A DNA stretch of 64,000 bases, taken from NCBI GenBank assembly GCA_904374385.1, contig CAJFGA010000002.1:3166-67165 (forward strand), read 5' to 3'. The notes under the pieces were generated by a model that was given only the letters and a program-made list of their open reading frames with translations, did not search any database and was not told the origin of the DNA. The stretch is from an uncultured Clostridia bacterium (GTDB lineage Bacteria > Bacillota > Clostridia > Christensenellales > Borkfalkiaceae). A program made the translations under genes and the position numbers. This document shows positions 60,477 to 64,000 of this stretch, in pieces. Position 1 is the stretch's first letter. The number at the start of each line of letters is the position of its first letter.

Positions 60477-63320
60477 ATGAGTCAGGCTATGCTCAAACTC
60501 GAAGGCATCACAAAGGACTATAAAGTTGCCGACACATTTGTACACGCATTAAAGGGAGTGGATCTCCGTTTCCGCCGGAATGAATTTGTCAGCATACTCG
60601 GCCCGTCCGGCTGCGGCAAAACGACCCTCCTCAACATCATCGGCGGGTTGGATCATTATACGGAGGGCGACCTCGTCATAAAGGGGATATCCACCAAGCA
60701 TTTCAAGGATGCCGATTGGGACGCATACCGCAACCACAGCATCGGTTTCGTGTTCCAATCTTATAACCTTATTCCGCACCAAAGTGTTTTGGGCAATGTC
60801 GAACTCGCGCTCACTCTTTCGGGCGTTTCGCCTTCCGAACGGAAGGAGCGCGCGACGCGCGCGCTCGAAAGGGTCGGCCTCGGCGGAGAACTCAATAAAA
60901 AGCCGAACCAGCTTTCGGGCGGGCAGATGCAGCGCGTCGCCATTGCGCGCGCGCTCGTCAACGATCCGGAAATACTGCTCGCCGACGAGCCTACGGGCGC
61001 GCTCGATACCGAAACGAGCGTGCAGATCATGGAACTCATCAAAGAGATCGCGGGGGAACGCCTCGTCATCATGGTCACGCACAACCCCGATCTCGCCGAA
61101 AAGTACTCCACCCGCATCGTGCGCCTGTTGGACGGCAGGGTGGTAGACGATACCGACCCCTTTGACGGCGAGGACACGGAAGAGGAGAGTCTATCTGCCC
61201 CGGCGGCAGAAGAAGACGCGTCCCGCGGCGAAGGCGCGCAAGGGGAAGGAAATAAGGGCAAAAAAGGCAAAAAGAAAAAGACGAGCATGTCTTTTTGGAC
61301 GGCTTTTTTGCTGAGCGGCAGAAATCTCCTCACCAAAAAGGGCCGCACGGCGGTCACGTCTGTCGCGGGCAGCATCGGCATTATCAGCGTCTGCCTCGTG
61401 TTGGCGCTTTCCAACGGCTTTTCCGGCTACATAACCAAGACGGAAGAGGATATGCTCTCCTATTATCCGCTGCAAGTGACGGAAACGTCGCTGGATATCA
61501 CGGCGATCATGTCCGGATTCAATTCCGCGAGCGACATGCCCGACCTTTCCGAATTGGATAATAAGGTATACGTCAATTCCTTTTTGACGCAGATCGCGCA
61601 GGGTATGACCGTATCCAACGACATCAATCAGAACGGGTACCTCGACTATGTATACAATATGAACGAAGAGTGGTATTACGCCATTCAGCAGGATACGGGC
61701 GTGACCTTTGTCGACAATATCTTTACGACGGTCACGACGGGGCGAAGCGACGATGCGTCCGATCCCGTCAAGACGCAGGTCATGTCACTGTCCTCCCTCA
61801 AAGAGTATTTTGTCAATGTCCTTTCCGAACAAGACGAACAGTACAGGCAGCTCGCTTATCTCGTCGATTATCTCGGCGAGGTGGTCAATGTGATGCCCGG
61901 AACGGGAGATTTCGATATTCAAAAGGACAATTATTCCGAATACGTCCTTTCTCAGTATGATGTGCTGGCGGGCAATTTCCCGCAAAGCGCAGAGGAAGCG
62001 GTGCTCGTGATCGGGAGCAATAACGATCTCACCGATCTCCTGTTGGCGCAGTTGGGATATATCGATCAAGATACCTTCCTCGGCCTTTTTGAACTCGGCG
62101 GCGGGGATACGGGCGATTACGACAGCGCCGTCAATGCAGACGACGGGTATCTTTCCTACACCTTTGAACAACTGATGGCGAAGCCGTACACGCTGTTTTT
62201 CAATGACGAGGTGTATGCGAAGAGCGATTTCAACTCGACGGGTTACGTTTTCGAATATAACGGCAACCGGGGCGAGTGGACGGAAGGAAGCGATCTGCTG
62301 ACTGCCGGAGAGGACGAAGGGATCGAGATCAAAATAAGCGGTATCCTTCGCCTGAAGGACGGTTTGACCTACGGCTGCCTTTCGGACGGGCTGAACCTCA
62401 CCGAACAGCTCGTAAATGACTATATTCAAAAGAACATGCAGTCCGAGATCGTGCAATGGATGAATACGGCGCTCACGGGGCTGGACGGCAGCGGCGCGCC
62501 CAACGGCGGCATGCTCGCAACGGGCAGCACACCCTATTATCTCTGCCCGGCAGAACATATTTACGATATGTATTCGACGTACTACACGCGGCTTACGGAA
62601 AAGCCGGACGGGATGAGCGATTTGATCTTTGCGATCCTTTCAAGGTTCTATATCACTTCGTCGACGTATAATGAAACGGTAGTGCGCGCCCTGGGCGGCG
62701 ACGATACGCCCAATGCGCTTTCCATATATCCGAGAGACTTTTCGACCAAAGACGACATCACGGCTTATCTGGATGCATGGAACGATGATGCCAAGGCGCA
62801 GAGGGATGCGTATTATGCCGAGCACGGCACATACGACGGTTATGCGGGGCCTTCTGAAATCAAGTATACCGACACGGTCGGCCTTCTGATGGGCATGGTG
62901 CAGACCATTCTCGACGCGATTACTTACGTCCTCATCGCCTTTACGGGCATTTCGCTGATCGTATCGACCGTCATGATCGGCGTCATCACTTACGTTTCCG
63001 TAGTCGAGCGCACCAAAGAGATCGGCGTTCTGCGCGCGATTGGCGCACGGCGGAAGGATATCAAACGGGTATTCAACGCCGAAACCTTTATCATAGGTCT
63101 TTGCGCGGGATTGTTCGGCATCGGTGTGGCATATGTTTTGCAGGTCATCATCAATCTTATTCTTACGCCGCTTACAGGCATTTCGGGGCTGGCTGCGTTG
63201 CCTGTGCTCGGTGCATTCATAATGGTGGTCATCTCCGTCGCGCTCACCCTCATATCCGGGCTGATCCCGGCGAGTGCTGCGGCAAAAAAGGATCCCGTCA
63301 TCGCCCTTCGGAGCGAATGA
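60477..63320 (+). CDS. ABC transporter, fused ATPase/FtsX-type permease
   Basis: GPSGCGKTT, LSGGQMQR, SVVERTKEIG and DPVIALRSE. Confidence 0.93.
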   Translation: MSQAMLKLEGITKDYKVADTFVHALKGVDLRFRRNEFVSILGPSGCGKTTLLNIIGGLDHYTEGDLVIKGISTKHFKDADWDAYRNHSIGFVFQSYNLIPHQSVLGNVELALTLSGVSPSERKERATRALERVGLGGELNKKPNQLSGGQMQRVAIARALVNDPEILLADEPTGALDTETSVQIMELIKEIAGERLVIMVTHNPDLAEKYSTRIVRLLDGRVVDDTDPFDGEDTEEESLSAPAAEEDASRGEGAQGEGNKGKKGKKKKTSMSFWTAFLLSGRNLLTKKGRTAVTSVAGSIGIISVCLVLALSNGFSGYITKTEEDMLSYYPLQVTETSLDITAIMSGFNSASDMPDLSELDNKVYVNSFLTQIAQGMTVSNDINQNGYLDYVYNMNEEWYYAIQQDTGVTFVDNIFTTVTTGRSDDASDPVKTQVMSLSSLKEYFVNVLSEQDEQYRQLAYLVDYLGEVVNVMPGTGDFDIQKDNYSEYVLSQYDVLAGNFPQSAEEAVLVIGSNNDLTDLLLAQLGYIDQDTFLGLFELGGGDTGDYDSAVNADDGYLSYTFEQLMAKPYTLFFNDEVYAKSDFNSTGYVFEYNGNRGEWTEGSDLLTAGEDEGIEIKISGILRLKDGLTYGCLSDGLNLTEQLVNDYIQKNMQSEIVQWMNTALTGLDGSGAPNGGMLATGSTPYYLCPAEHIYDMYSTYYTRLTEKPDGMSDLIFAILSRFYITSSTYNETVVRALGGDDTPNALSIYPRDFSTKDDITAYLDAWNDDAKAQRDAYYAEHGTYDGYAGPSEIKYTDTVGLLMGMVQTILDAITYVLIAFTGISLIVSTVMIGVITYVSVVERTKEIGVLRAIGARRKDIKRVFNAETFIIGLCAGLFGIGVAYVLQVIINLILTPLTGISGLAALPVLGAFIMVVISVALTLISGLIPASAAAKKDPVIALRSE

Positions 63321-63656
63321 TGTATGTTTCGTGCCGCCGAATTTTTTCGGCGGCACTTTTCCGCTGCTGTCGGACGGGCCCGCTCATGTGTTTTTTGCTC
63401 GATCTCAAGACGCACAAAACGCACAATATGGGATGGCGGGAATAAAGGATCACGGCATAGTGATCGAGGGAGATGTACTAGTCTTGCATTATGAGGACGA
63501 AAAGCGCCCGAAAACGAAAAGATTTACCTATGCGCAGCTCGCCGAACGGTTGGCAAAGAGCAAGACGAGCGATCTTTGAAAAGGACGATATAAAAAATTA
63601 AAAAGATGTTGCAAAGCCGCCCCGCGTTATGCGGGGCGGCTTTGCAACGTTTGCAT

Positions 63657-64000
63657 TTAACCGATTTTACGGACAAAAGGATGATAGGCGAGGATGCCGT
63701 CGATCTCCTCGAGGACGCCGTCGGAAAGGGAAAGCCCGCTTGCCGCGACGTTGACGTCGAGCTGTTCGGGCTTGGAAGCGCCCGTAATGACGGAGGAGAT
63801 CTCCGGAAGGCGCAGGATCCAAGCGAGGGCGAGCACCGAAAGGGGAACGCCCAATTCCGCCGCGATCGCCGAGAGTTTTTCCACTTTGTCTAAATTTTCG
63901 TCCGTCAAAAGATTGTTGATCTGCCTGTCCGCCTGGTGGGTCGCGCGCGACCCTACGGGCAGCGGCTGCCCTTTGCGGTATTTTCCCGTCAAAAGCCCCT
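63657..64000 (-). CDS. Aldo/keto reductase, 3' part
   Basis: GLLTGKY...LALAWIL...ITGAS.PEQL. Confidence 0.85.
   Translation of the reverse strand, partial: GLLTGKYRKGQPLPVGSRATHQADRQINNLLTDENLDKVEKLSAIAAELGVPLSVLALAWILRLPEISSVITGASKPEQLDVNVAASGLSLSDGVLEEIDGILAYHPFVRKIG

Overview
Chromosomal window from an anaerobic Bacillota (Clostridia-like; finer taxonomy is not established from sequence alone). A ~37.9-kb temperate prophage is integrated at the 3' end of tRNA-Ser(GCT), bounded by a 19-bp att core at 5911-5929 and 43784-43802. The left host flank has two M29 aminopeptidases, an aldo-keto reductase, a chromate transporter pair, a cysteine hydrolase, an SGNH hydrolase and ppa. The right flank has a UvrD helicase, an Lsa-type ABC-F with an attenuator, PFOR, an ECF transporter, truA, NYN, MarR and an ABC transporter. 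The prophage has integrase/ImmA/CI, replication, packaging, head and fibre modules, but no recognisable long tape-measure gene or endolysin. The most notable unexplained signals are: (1) a ladder of complementary 7-nt repeats alternating with hairpins directly upstream of a probably leaderless Avd-like four-helix-bundle gene, in a low-GC cassette inside the tail operon; (2) a promoter- and terminator-bounded ~340-nt antisense RNA with a 16-codon sORF and two predicted pseudoknots inside the CI/Cro switch; (3) a C5 DNA methyltransferase split over two overlapping reading frames; (4) four membrane-protein genes where the lysis cassette is expected. Family assignments come from motif recognition by eye, not database searches.
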